From sequence record MF360958.1: a stretch of DNA of 64,000 bases. One strand, 5' to 3'. The position numbers and the translations under genes are program-made. A model generated the notes under the pieces. That model was not told the origin of the DNA. It did not search any database and worked only from the letters and a program-made list of their open reading frames with translations. Positions within the stretch are counted from its first letter, which is position 1, and each line of letters begins with the position of its first letter. Below are positions 22,301 through 29,892 of this stretch, piece by piece.

Positions 22301-24561
22301 TTATCTTCATTATCAATTTCTATATCACGTATAGAATGGTAATCTTGAGTTTCTATATCCCATAATTTATCACCATTAGAATTAATTTTATGAATCTCAT
22401 TATCAAAAGAAGCACTAAATATATTATTATTACTATCTACTGCTAAGCCTGTAACCGTATTATTGTGAATACCATAGATCCAAATATCATTTCCATTTTT
22501 ATCTATTTTTCTTATGGTTTTATCAGAACTGCTAATGTAATTATTATAATCAAAATCTAAAATAATATCTCTTATTCTACTATTATTTTTTTCATAAACC
22601 CATAGTTCATTTCCATTGGCGTCTATTTTTCTAACTGTATTGTCAAAAGAACCGCTATATATATTTTTATCTTCATCAACAGTTAAAGTCCAAATAATAT
22701 CCATATGCCCTTTAAATGTCCATAGTAAATTTCCATAAACATCTAGCTTTTTAATTGTATGATCGGCAGACCCACAATAAATATTTCCGTAATTATCAAT
22801 ATCAATACACCATACTGTGTTTATAAAACCACCATAACTCCATAATAATTGACCATGCATATCTAACTTTTTAACAGTATTATCAGCAGATACACTATAA
22901 ACAGCACCATTTAAATCTTTAACTAGTTGTTTTTCTACATCATAATCGTATTCAGTAGATAATATATCATTTGAAATAGTTAGATTTAATACATCAGGAG
23001 AAGTTATATTTGTTAAATCAACAGTTATTTTTTCACCATCAATGGTAATATCGCCAATATTACTATTGACTTCATAATTAGAATTTAAATCATAATTATC
23101 AATTGTAAGTGTGTATATATTTCCTGCTTGAAAAATTTGAGGACCATTTAATATAATATCATTTTTATCTAGATACATAATATTATAAGAGTATTTTGTA
23201 GAAACATTAACATCCGATATAGTTATTTCTACAGTATTTTCATTATTAATATTTGTTAAGTCTAATTTTATTTCATCATGTTCAATTATCGCATTTCCTA
23301 CGTTAGTAGTAACATTATATTGTCTATTATAATTGTAATTATATATATATAAACTATTAACTTTACCAGCTATGAGTGTTTTTGACAGAGGATGTAATAT
23401 GATATCATCATAAAGAAAAGTAACATTATGTGTTTTATAAGAATCTTCGTTATCAACAATAATAGATATTATTTGCTCATTATTATTTTCAGATGGAGTT
23501 TCCAAAGTCAACTTATCTTGAGACAAAGAGACTTTGCCTATATTCGTTGAAACATTGTAATTTTTTAATGAATCATAATTTGTTATTATAAATTCATAAC
23601 TATTATTTGATTTTACAGAATTAGGTCCATCAATAACAATTTCATTATAGTCAAATGCAACAGTATGATTTGAAGTTATAGATCCATCAGTTATTGTTAT
23701 AACAATCTCAGTTTCAGAACGATTACCTGAAGGAGTTTTTATAATAACCCTGTTTTCATCAATTGCACTTTGACCAATATTTGTACTTACTGTGTATGTT
23801 TTATTTGGATCGTAATTAGCTATAGTAAACTCATATGTTTTAATTGATTCAACTCTTTCAGGACCATTTAGAACTATTTCATTATATCCAGTTACACCAT
23901 TGACTGATATAATATAATTAGATGTATAAGATTCTGTTGTTATTGTTAATATTAAATTATTATTAACGCTACTTGGAACATCAATATTAATAGTATCTCC
24001 ATCCAGTGTTGCTGTTCCTTCACTAATCGAAATATTATAATTAGCAAAACTGTTATAGTTTGTTATTGTATATTGATAGCTATTTCCTGTATTAACACTC
24101 ACAGGGCCATTTAATGAAGGGCGAAATTCATTCTCAATATTATTAATATGGAAACGGCTCCAGTGTATTTCACCTTTATCGTTCGTTCCAACTAAAGTTT
24201 TGGGTTCTCTAGTTATACTAACCGGGATGTCTTCATTGATGTCGGTTATTTTATTTTTAATTATATTTGTGTCTACATAATTATCAGCATAAGCTTTATT
24301 GATAAGAGACTTATTATCATCAAAATCAGTAACTTTAAGATAACCTTTCATAACATTGTTATCTTCATGAAGATAACGTTCATATAAATCTTCTAGAGTA
24401 TGATCATGAATACGTTCAGCATAAATGTTTTTGTTATTATATTTGCCAGCCAGTATCCCAAAATCCACAATATCATCTATATAATGATAATGTTCATTAG
24501 CAATATCTTCATGAATTATTCTTTCACCATTAATTTTAGAGTCTTTTATTATTCGCCCCAT
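15271..24561 (-). CDS. Giant modular adhesin/fibre-like protein (3096 aa): about 21 Ig-like repeats, 2 seven-bladed beta-propellers, 2 vWA modules
   Basis: Repeats directly visible in protein and DNA; vWA MIDAS motifs DRSGS, TALYD, TDG present twice; lies within the late structural operon. Confidence 0.85.
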   Translation of the reverse strand: MGRIIKDSKINGERIIHEDIANEHYHYIDDIVDFGILAGKYNNKNIYAERIHDHTLEDLYERYLHEDNNVMKGYLKVTDFDDNKSLINKAYADNYVDTNIIKNKITDINEDIPVSITREPKTLVGTNDKGEIHWSRFHINNIENEFRPSLNGPVSVNTGNSYQYTITNYNSFANYNISISEGTATLDGDTINIDVPSSVNNNLILTITTESYTSNYIISVNGVTGYNEIVLNGPERVESIKTYEFTIANYDPNKTYTVSTNIGQSAIDENRVIIKTPSGNRSETEIVITITDGSITSNHTVAFDYNEIVIDGPNSVKSNNSYEFIITNYDSLKNYNVSTNIGKVSLSQDKLTLETPSENNNEQIISIIVDNEDSYKTHNVTFLYDDIILHPLSKTLIAGKVNSLYIYNYNYNRQYNVTTNVGNAIIEHDEIKLDLTNINNENTVEITISDVNVSTKYSYNIMYLDKNDIILNGPQIFQAGNIYTLTIDNYDLNSNYEVNSNIGDITIDGEKITVDLTNITSPDVLNLTISNDILSTEYDYDVEKQLVKDLNGAVYSVSADNTVKKLDMHGQLLWSYGGFINTVWCIDIDNYGNIYCGSADHTIKKLDVYGNLLWTFKGHMDIIWTLTVDEDKNIYSGSFDNTVRKIDANGNELWVYEKNNSRIRDIILDFDYNNYISSSDKTIRKIDKNGNDIWIYGIHNNTVTGLAVDSNNNIFSASFDNEIHKINSNGDKLWDIETQDYHSIRDIEIDNEDNFYIVSHDDRIRKYDNQGTFIWSYDKLEHNIWALSVDENSNIYTGSEDHIVRKFEPYGNSIIWEYKGHTAPVYDVAVNPVVVTNEYDKIILVGPQQLQVGNIYTYTIDNYDPNKVYNAVTSMGDVEIKDDKLILDLKGFTLGGIVDITITDGYVSTDYSYNVDDHEDYDKIILIGPDNLDAGNVYTYTIDNYFPQRDYSATTDLGEVSVSEDVLTLDLTNVRLTDIANVIITDQHISTQYQYNVKGDGSYDEIKIDGPDPVKSDKEYTYTIVNYYSSQSYNVSSNIGNISINNDKITLKTPDYNTEERNLTISIDDGKVYSDHTVTYLYDDIILQGPDVLQAGEIYKYKIINHEPHRNYQASASIGNATINEDELIVDLTDLNTVDATTITISDENVSTEYTYDIEYANGINIYTASFDNTIRKLDNNGYEIYSHSSSPNTNYSIDIDKDRNIYTGSRDDIVEKFDNDFNKIWTYYGHNDNIYKVVVDDEGNVYTGSKDTTVKKLKSNGEHIWTYYGHNDEIWAIDIDKDGNVYTGSKDGSIRKLNSIAEKLWSYEEHTNGIRCLALHYYDAYLFSGSLDNTVRKISLDGDELWSFTGHSAAILDVATDHNENIYSASIDETIKKLDPRGNEIWSYDGHNSVVYGLETDYKTNIYSASNDRTAKKIHPNGYELWTFERHTNTVRCITVDPIKYDEILLDGPDPVESNKTYEYTITNYFPSKNYNVSTNIGIVSISGDTVTLETPESNFEEKTITIEINDSWVHSTHDVTYLYDDILLDGPEPVESNKIYEYTITNYDSTKNYSVSSNIGSVSINGETVTLETPESNFEEKTITIEINDGTVFSDHNVTYLYDEILLDGPDPVESNKTYEYTITNYEPTKNYNVSSNIGSVSVSGDTVTLETPNSNDSTKTITIDITDGTVNGSKDITYLYDEILLDGPDTVKSNNSYQYTITNYDSSKNYTVSSNIGSVSVNGDTVTLETPDSNFDDNEKTITIDITDGRVNGSKDITYLYDEILLNGPERICVGSTHQYNLSLKHSDGTISDDINVDSWSTSNSIGTVDSQGNVSIKPDTSGKQLTLTATVDSTSISKTISVVGEGVKIRQIEKINSGSTTEVYFDVIDPDTGESVTDITSEDICGVTENGSEISNYTFSTSGDLNKFVDIGISLDRSGSFSNNQSDMNTGASNLIDKLNSSDKAAIINFGGDVSLDQSLTSNASHLKDAINSPSDVGSSTALYDSIITAVNEIKSSSRQNALMVITDGNDGNSNNTLQDAIDAAKNASIPVFLIAFGSNFDENVFKQIADETNGDYDNVNTANELTTTMENFRVRLSQQYVIKYDSNNTDSANIDICVEGYCGGSNSYVYDEILLNGPEFVKPSNTYNYIIANYQPNKNYNVSSNIGSVSVNDDTVTLETPDNNDSTKTITIDITDGTVNGSKDVQLLYDEILLDGPDPVESNKTYEYTITNYDSTKNYSVSTNIGNVSVSGDTVTLETPNSNDSTKTITIDITDGDVSSKHDVTYLYDDIKLDGPDPVESNKIYEYIITNYFPSKNYTVSTNIGSVSVSGDTVTLETPNSNDSTKTITIDITDGDVSSKHDVTYLYDEILLDGPNNVLTDNTYYYTITNYDSTKNYNVSSNIGSVSVSGDTVTLETPNNNDSTKTITIDITDGTVNGSKNVQLLYDEILLDGPDPVESNKTYEYTITNYDSTKNYIVSSNIGSVSVNGDTVTLETPNSNFEERTITININDGDVYSSKDVTYLYNDIGLDGPDPVESNKTYEYTITNYDSTKNYSVSTNIGNVSVNGDTVTLETPDSNDSNKTITIDITDGTVNSSKDVTYLYDEILLDGPDPVESNKTYEYTITNYDSTKNYNVSSNIGSVSVNGDTVTLETPNSNFEERTITIDITDGRVNGSKDVTYLYDGILLDGPDPVESNKTYEYTITNYDSTKNYSVSSNIGSVSVSGDTVTLETPDSNNSNNQDVITINISDGEINDSKDIQILYSNLILDGPKRICAGSSHQYNVLKREGDGTISDDINVDSWSTSNSIGTVDSQGNLTVSTDILNEQLTLTATVDSTSISKTISVVGEGVKIRQIEKINSGSTTEVYFDVIDPDTGESVTDITSEDICGVTENGSEISNYTFSTSGDLNKFVDIGISLDRSGSFSDYQSDMNTGASNLIDKLNSSDKAAIINFGGDASLDQSLTSNASDLKDAINNPSDVGSSTALYDSIITAVNEIKSSSRQNALMVITDGNDGSSNNTLQDAIDSAKNASIPVFLIAFGSNFDENVFKQIADETNGDYDNVNTANELTTTMENFRVKLSQQYVIKYDSNNSDSANIDICVEGYCGGST
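16318..18219 (-). repeat. Tandem array of 8 Ig-like units (237 bp / 79 aa; last unit 81 aa)
   Basis: Consensus YDEILLDGPDPVESNKTYEYTITNYDSTKNYxVSSNIGSVSVxGDTVTLETPxSNxxxKTITIDITDGxVxxSKDVTYL; 1902 bp = 7x237 + 243. Confidence 0.95.
18220..19272 (-). repeat. vWA module copy 1 (Ig-like + linker + vWA, 351 aa)
   Basis: Near-identical to 15271..16317. Confidence 0.95.
19273..20226 (-). repeat. Tandem array of 4 Ig-like units
   Basis: 954 bp = 3x237 + 243; same consensus as the 8-unit array. Confidence 0.95.
20230..21075 (-). repeat. Seven ~40-aa WD40/PQQ-like blades (beta-propeller 2)
   Basis: Repeat [IV]YTGSxDxT[VI][RK]K[LI]xxxGxxxWxYxGHxxx[IV]xx[IV]x[IV]DxxxN x7; 120-bp DNA periodicity at 20691/20811/20931. 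Confidence 0.9.
22065..22915 (-). repeat. Seven ~40-aa WD40/PQQ-like blades (beta-propeller 1)
   Basis: Same blade consensus x7, from GAVYSVSADNTVKKLD to VYDVAVNP. Confidence 0.9.
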
Positions 24562-24562
24562 A

Positions 24563-26551
24563 TTATATTAGTCTCCATAGAGAATTTTCTTTATAATCAT
24601 AAATATATAGATATCCATATCTATCCGTTCCAAGAGGATAATCATATGGTTCTTTATATTCAAAATAGTGTTTATATTCTCCTATTTTCTGAAAAGATTC
24701 CATTTCGGGGTAATATTCATAAAAATTATGATCTTTATCCTCATAATTATCTTCACCCCCAAATATAAAGAATTTATCATCATGTTTAACACTATTATGA
24801 AAAATCTTATTTATATCAGTATTATTATTTATAACTTTCCAACTACCATGTATAATATGATATTTCCAAAAAATACTACCTCTATTACTATTAACCAAAA
24901 CATCACTATCAAAAGAATAATTCATACCATGTACATAAATACGACCTTTATAATATTCACATATATGTCCTTTTAATGAATTTTTAAAAGGTATTGGTGA
25001 AGAATGCTTTCTCCACGTATCGGTGTTTATATCATATTCATAAATATAATCATTAAAAACATTATTTGAAATAGATTCCATTCCTCCAACTAAATAGATA
25101 TGATTTATGCCATCTGTTGTGACATCATGATATATGGTATTAATTGGAAGATTATTCATTTTTTGAAATCCAGTATTATAACGATTTATACGAAACATAA
25201 CACTAGATGCTTCTAAACCATTACTAGATGAATCATTATAGTTGTTACTACCCCCAATTACATATATGTAATCCCCAATAACTGTCATTTTACAAAAGGC
25301 TGTAAAAAAATCACTTTGCGGAGGTTCATTTAACAAATTTTCCCATTTATTATTATAAATGTCATACTTATACACTTTAAAACGGTATTGTGATCCTGTA
25401 TTTTGTATACCAGTTAAATATAAGAAATTAAACTCTTTATCAATAGCTATATCACCATATTTCAAATCTTCAGGTCCATCGTTTTCAAGTGTTTTTTTCC
25501 AAATTTCATCAAGCATTGTGGGAGGACTGGAATTTAATGTTGTATTATTTAAATACCCTATAAAATCAATATTAAAATCCACAGCATTTCCATTTTTAAT
25601 TACTGTTAATGTGACATGCCTGTTATCATTTATTTCATTGACACTTATATTAATTGTGTCACCATTAATAGATGCATTACCATCTGTGATACGCACACTA
25701 TAATTAGAAAACACATCATAATCAGTAATAGTATACGTATAATTTCCACCAGAAATTATTCTTCTAGGGCCATCAAGAGAAATATTTTCTGTTAGACTTG
25801 GTTTAAATTGTAACCAACTGCGATCAATTATACCTTGATTATTTGTTTTTATAATTCCATAAGGTAATGACTTTTCAACTATAGGATGGCTTTTTAACCA
25901 TTTATAAGGCTCATATTTTTTTATTGAACTTATTTCTCCTGAAGAATTAGTTATTATTTCTGCAATAATATATTTATTTGAAGTGTTTTGAAAATAATTT
26001 TTATTCAACGTTATATCTACAACATCATTTTTTTGATCATATTCAATGACAACATAAATTTTTAAATTATTAATATTACTAAGATTGGTTATATCTAATT
26101 TTTTATATGATATATGATATTCACGTCCTTTTATAAAAATATAACAAGAATATATTTCAATATTAACATTATTAGTTTTATTGATATCAAAACTATAACT
26201 ATCTATAGATACATATGGGTTATAAGTTAAATATGTTGGATTATTTTTATAAATATAGTCTTCAAAATATTTTTTATTAATAGCTGAATCTGGATCAGAT
26301 TCAATCACATTATCAACTAACAAATTGCCTTCTACTTCATCTCCTAGAATATTAATAAAATTATCTTCGAAATCATTGAAATGATAACCGTCTAATCCAT
26401 CTACATTAAGATTTTCACCGGGACCATCATCTTTTATAGCACTAGAACCGCTTCCTATTATTTGTGAACTATCATGCGTATGTAATGATTTGGTTTTATG
26501 TGTAATGATTTCAAAACCACCTATAGTCGAACCTTTTCTTAAATTAGACAT
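24563..26551 (-). CDS. Fibre-like protein with one Ig-like unit and a C-terminal Kelch-repeat propeller
   Basis: 662 aa; Kelch motifs YIYVIGG, IYLVGG..YEYDINTDTW, GRIYVHG, KFFIFGG; N-terminal motifs shared with the 3096-aa protein. Confidence 0.75.
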   Translation of the reverse strand: MSNLRKGSTIGGFEIITHKTKSLHTHDSSQIIGSGSSAIKDDGPGENLNVDGLDGYHFNDFEDNFINILGDEVEGNLLVDNVIESDPDSAINKKYFEDYIYKNNPTYLTYNPYVSIDSYSFDINKTNNVNIEIYSCYIFIKGREYHISYKKLDITNLSNINNLKIYVVIEYDQKNDVVDITLNKNYFQNTSNKYIIAEIITNSSGEISSIKKYEPYKWLKSHPIVEKSLPYGIIKTNNQGIIDRSWLQFKPSLTENISLDGPRRIISGGNYTYTITDYDVFSNYSVRITDGNASINGDTINISVNEINDNRHVTLTVIKNGNAVDFNIDFIGYLNNTTLNSSPPTMLDEIWKKTLENDGPEDLKYGDIAIDKEFNFLYLTGIQNTGSQYRFKVYKYDIYNNKWENLLNEPPQSDFFTAFCKMTVIGDYIYVIGGSNNYNDSSSNGLEASSVMFRINRYNTGFQKMNNLPINTIYHDVTTDGINHIYLVGGMESISNNVFNDYIYEYDINTDTWRKHSSPIPFKNSLKGHICEYYKGRIYVHGMNYSFDSDVLVNSNRGSIFWKYHIIHGSWKVINNNTDINKIFHNSVKHDDKFFIFGGEDNYEDKDHNFYEYYPEMESFQKIGEYKHYFEYKEPYDYPLGTDRYGYLYIYDYKENSLWRLI

Positions 26552-26588
26552 AATTTACCTTTTAATTTAATTAATATTGCTTATAAGG

Positions 26589-26596
26589 TATTTATA
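26589..26596 (-). promoter_or_regulatory. T4-type late promoter TATAAATA for the structural operon
   Basis: Exact TATAAATA on the minus strand, 37 nt upstream of the ATG at 26551; gp55 is encoded in this window; this 8-mer also occurs by chance in AT-rich DNA. Confidence 0.65.
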
Positions 26597-26615
26597 TTAA
26601 AGCATTACCATTAAA

Positions 26616-26623
26616 TATAAATA
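26616..26623 (+). promoter_or_regulatory. T4-type late promoter TATAAATA upstream of uvsW
   Basis: Exact match in the divergent intergenic region. Confidence 0.5.
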
Positions 26624-26626
26624 CTC

Positions 26627-26654
26627 TTTACAGTTTAAATATTTATGCTAAAGT
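26627..26654 (+). promoter_or_regulatory. sigma70-like promoter TTTACA-N16-TAAAGT with extended -10 TGn
   Basis: Upstream of uvsW; same 16-bp spacer as other sites in the window. Confidence 0.55.
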
Positions 26655-26702
26655 TTTTCTCAACTATTAATAATAAACAATAATTTCAGGCACATATAAT
26701 AT

Positions 26703-28187
26703 ATGAGCACAGCAACTATAAAAATATTAGATGAGGTACACGCAAAAGTAGAAAATCTAGATCCCGTAACTAATAATAAATGTATGGAAGCTCTTAAATA
26801 CATGGTTCCTTATCGATTCCATGTTACTTCATTTCGATTAGGGAGATGGGATGGAAGTATACGTTTCTTCCATAAAAATGGACGCACATTCATAAATCTT
26901 TTAGGCGAAATTCTCCCTATAATTGCCAAAGCTGGTTATGAATTTGAAATTGAAGATCATCGAGAAGATAGCTATGCCTTTGATCCAATTGATAATGACT
27001 TTTTTGCAAATTATGTATGGCCAGAAGGTCATTTTAAAGAAGGCGAACCAATAACTTTACGAGATGATCAAACTGAAGCGGCTAATATATTTCTCAAAAA
27101 TCGCTATTGTGTACAGGCGTTGGCCACTGGTTTTGGTAAAACAATTCTAACTGCTGCTATATGTAAAAAAGTAGAGTATTATGGCCGAACACTAACCATT
27201 GTTCCCTCGAAGAGTCTTGTGGAGCAAACATATGATGATATGAAGCTCGTAGGAATGGATGTAGGCCGATACTATGGTGATGTGAAAGAACTTGGGCATA
27301 TGCATACAATATCAACTTGGCAAAGTCTGATGGAAGTTGTAGATGCGTATGATGACAATCCTCATATTCTAGATAGCATGATGGATAATCTTAAACAAGT
27401 ACTTGTAGATGAATGTCATCAGTGTAAAAGTAAAGTTCTTGATAGTTTAATGTCTAAGGTTTTTAATCACATACCGCTACGTCGCGGCTTTACCGGTACA
27501 ATTCCAAAAGAAGAATTTGATGCAAAAACAATCATTTCCAATCTAGGCGAAGTTCAAAATGTGGTTACAGCGAGAGAACTTCAAGAAAAAGGGATACTAG
27601 CCCGCTGTCACGTTTTAGGTGTTGTTACAAAAACGGATAAAGTCTTTCGTTCATACGATGAAGAAAACAATTATCTTAAAAAAGATACCGAACGACTTGA
27701 TTTTTTATGCGACTTTACTGAAAAAATTTCAAAAGATGGTAATACTCTTATTCTAGTAAATTCTGTTGATGCTGGTATATATCTTAATGATAAAATTCCC
27801 GATTCAACATTTGTGTATGGTAAAACAAAAATTAAAGAACGTAAGTCCGCTTATGCAGATGTTCAAAAATCCAACCATAGTGTTATTATTGCAACCTATC
27901 AAGTTGCAGCGGTGGGTATTAATATTCCGAGAATATTTAATCTGGTAATGGTTGAAGCGGGTAAATCATTTGTTCGTGTTATCCAAACAATAGGTCGCGG
28001 TATTCGTGTTGCAAAAGATAAAGATTTTGTTCAAATATATGATATATCATCAAATTCAAAATATAGTAAAAAACATTATAAAGTTCGTAAAGATTATTAT
28101 GACGAAGCAGAATATCCTTATGATACAATACAAGGTGATTATAAAAAAATACTTACTACTATAGATAAAGAACAACAGGACAAATAA
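26703..28187 (+). CDS. uvsW: UvsW-like SF2 DNA helicase
   Basis: Walker A ALATGFGKT, DECH box, GFTGT, motif VI QTIGRGIR; T4 UvsW-like size. Confidence 0.9.
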   Translation: MSTATIKILDEVHAKVENLDPVTNNKCMEALKYMVPYRFHVTSFRLGRWDGSIRFFHKNGRTFINLLGEILPIIAKAGYEFEIEDHREDSYAFDPIDNDFFANYVWPEGHFKEGEPITLRDDQTEAANIFLKNRYCVQALATGFGKTILTAAICKKVEYYGRTLTIVPSKSLVEQTYDDMKLVGMDVGRYYGDVKELGHMHTISTWQSLMEVVDAYDDNPHILDSMMDNLKQVLVDECHQCKSKVLDSLMSKVFNHIPLRRGFTGTIPKEEFDAKTIISNLGEVQNVVTARELQEKGILARCHVLGVVTKTDKVFRSYDEENNYLKKDTERLDFLCDFTEKISKDGNTLILVNSVDAGIYLNDKIPDSTFVYGKTKIKERKSAYADVQKSNHSVIIATYQVAAVGINIPRIFNLVMVEAGKSFVRVIQTIGRGIRVAKDKDFVQIYDISSNSKYSKKHYKVRKDYYDEAEYPYDTIQGDYKKILTTIDKEQQDK

Positions 28188-28188
28188 T

Positions 28189-28692
28189 ATGATTAAAATA
28201 TCAAGCGAATTTTTACAAATGCTTAAAAAACAACACGATGATAAATCCTCTGCTTCAAATAATAATCAATTTGAAGCATCTGAAAAGCAAGTACATCAAC
28301 AATACAATCAACAAAATAATAAGCCAAAAGATAAGAAATATAAAGATAAACGTGGCGTAAAAAAGAATACAGGAAAAGAAACTGTAAAAAACAAACAAAT
28401 ACCAGACCCTAATAAGGTAAATAATAATCATTACATAACGGAAAAAGAACATCAATCTTTAATAAAAGATTATAATAGCTTAGTTAAAGAATATGATCGC
28501 GTTTTAGTTGAACTAAGAACTCTTAGAAAGCGTCAAACTAGCATTGAAAGTAATATGAAAAAGTTAGAGGATGACTATCGTAGAATATATGATATGATGT
28601 ATCAAATGTATCAAAACATTGAAAATATGAATGATACATCCAATAACAAAGCAAGTAATAAAAAAACAAATAGTAATAAAAAATCTAAATAA
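28189..28692 (+). CDS. Hypothetical low-complexity coiled-coil protein
   Basis: 167 aa, K/N/Q-rich with heptad region LIKDYNSLVKEYDRVLVEL. Confidence 0.7.
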   Translation: MIKISSEFLQMLKKQHDDKSSASNNNQFEASEKQVHQQYNQQNNKPKDKKYKDKRGVKKNTGKETVKNKQIPDPNKVNNNHYITEKEHQSLIKDYNSLVKEYDRVLVELRTLRKRQTSIESNMKKLEDDYRRIYDMMYQMYQNIENMNDTSNNKASNKKTNSNKKSK

Positions 28693-28730
28693 TGATTTAA
28701 AAAACTAGATAATAATTAAGAGGTTTATTA

Positions 28731-29243
28731 ATGAAATTGCTAGGTGTAGAAAAAAATATAATTAATTTACAAGATGAATCGCATCGTTATCCTCAACAAT
28801 TTACTGTAATTGATCTTAATAGTGATATTAACATAGCGGATGGGGCTGATATTATTTTCCCGAAACTTCTTTATATAGAAGATTATGTTGGACCCGCAAT
28901 TGATTGTTCTATTGGTGGATATCGAGTAATGTTACCTTTATCATGGTGTATATTTATTGGGGATGAAGATGTTTCAGAAGTCGAAGCTATACCAATGACT
29001 TCTTTAAATGCTCGTGAATTCTCTACAATAGTAACAAATCCAATTGATGGATTTCGCCATTACTTTTTAGATATTCGCATTTATGATGTTCTTACGGAGT
29101 ATGAATGGATACTTCCTAAAATTAAAAATGGTCAATGTGTCGCATATCCTATAACAAACGATAGTAATAACCCATTATGTGTTTATGTTTCTCACTCAAC
29201 TACAAAAATACCCACATCGTTATCTCCAACAGATTTTATGTAA
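28731..29243 (+). CDS. Conserved hypothetical protein of the uvsW neighbourhood
   Basis: 170 aa, RBS AGAGG; motifs MLPLSW..IGD..EAIPMTSLN..TNP recalled from related large phages. Confidence 0.7.
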   Translation: MKLLGVEKNIINLQDESHRYPQQFTVIDLNSDINIADGADIIFPKLLYIEDYVGPAIDCSIGGYRVMLPLSWCIFIGDEDVSEVEAIPMTSLNAREFSTIVTNPIDGFRHYFLDIRIYDVLTEYEWILPKIKNGQCVAYPITNDSNNPLCVYVSHSTTKIPTSLSPTDFM

Positions 29244-29266
29244 CTTAAAGTATTATATATTTGTTA

Positions 29267-29294
29267 TTGACATATAATACTTTAAACCTATTAT
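29267..29294 (+). promoter_or_regulatory. sigma70-like promoter TTGACA-N16-TATTAT
   Basis: Precedes RBS GGAGAG and ATG 29324. Confidence 0.7.
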
Positions 29295-29323
29295 ATAGAG
29301 ACAAGCATTATTTGGAGAGAATC

Positions 29324-29836
29324 ATGTCTGATAAACGCAAATTAGATATAAAGGATATTCTTTATAATATAGATTTGAAACATTATGATTGGTTTTCAAA
29401 TCTATCCACTGAAGAACAAAAGTCTTTTGAACCTTATGTAGTGATGCAATTTTTATCATCTGGTTCAAATGATCAGCAAAACAGTTATTTTTTAGAAATG
29501 ACACATGAAGTTCTTAATAAAAATTTTTCAATAGTTTCAAAAAACAAAGATCTTTTTTATAGACTTTGCTGTGTTATAGGTACTGGTGATAAACATTTTC
29601 ATAAATTTTTAAAACCAACTTCTAATAAAATATCAAAAAATGAATTAACACAACAATTTTTATATGATATTTATGGAGAACAGCTAAAAGATGATGAAAT
29701 AGAAACTTTTCTGAAAGCCAATAGTGATCTTAAAAAAAATGATTGGTTAGATTATGCACAATCTTTAGGCTGGTCTGATAAAGATTCAGAGAGCCTTGTA
29801 AAAGAAGTGCATCAACTTCAAAAAAATATAACATAA
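29324..29836 (+). CDS. Putative clamp-loader small subunit (T4 gp62-like); start revised to ATG 29324
   Basis: LDIKDILYNID..YDWFSNLSTEEQKSFEPYVVMQFLSS..LNKNF..DLFYRL pattern; start supported by promoter and RBS. Confidence 0.55.
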   Translation: MSDKRKLDIKDILYNIDLKHYDWFSNLSTEEQKSFEPYVVMQFLSSGSNDQQNSYFLEMTHEVLNKNFSIVSKNKDLFYRLCCVIGTGDKHFHKFLKPTSNKISKNELTQQFLYDIYGEQLKDDEIETFLKANSDLKKNDWLDYAQSLGWSDKDSESLVKEVHQLQKNIT

Positions 29837-29892
29837 AAACTATGTTTTAATTATTATAATCTAAAATATAACTAAGTAGAACAACTAATTAT

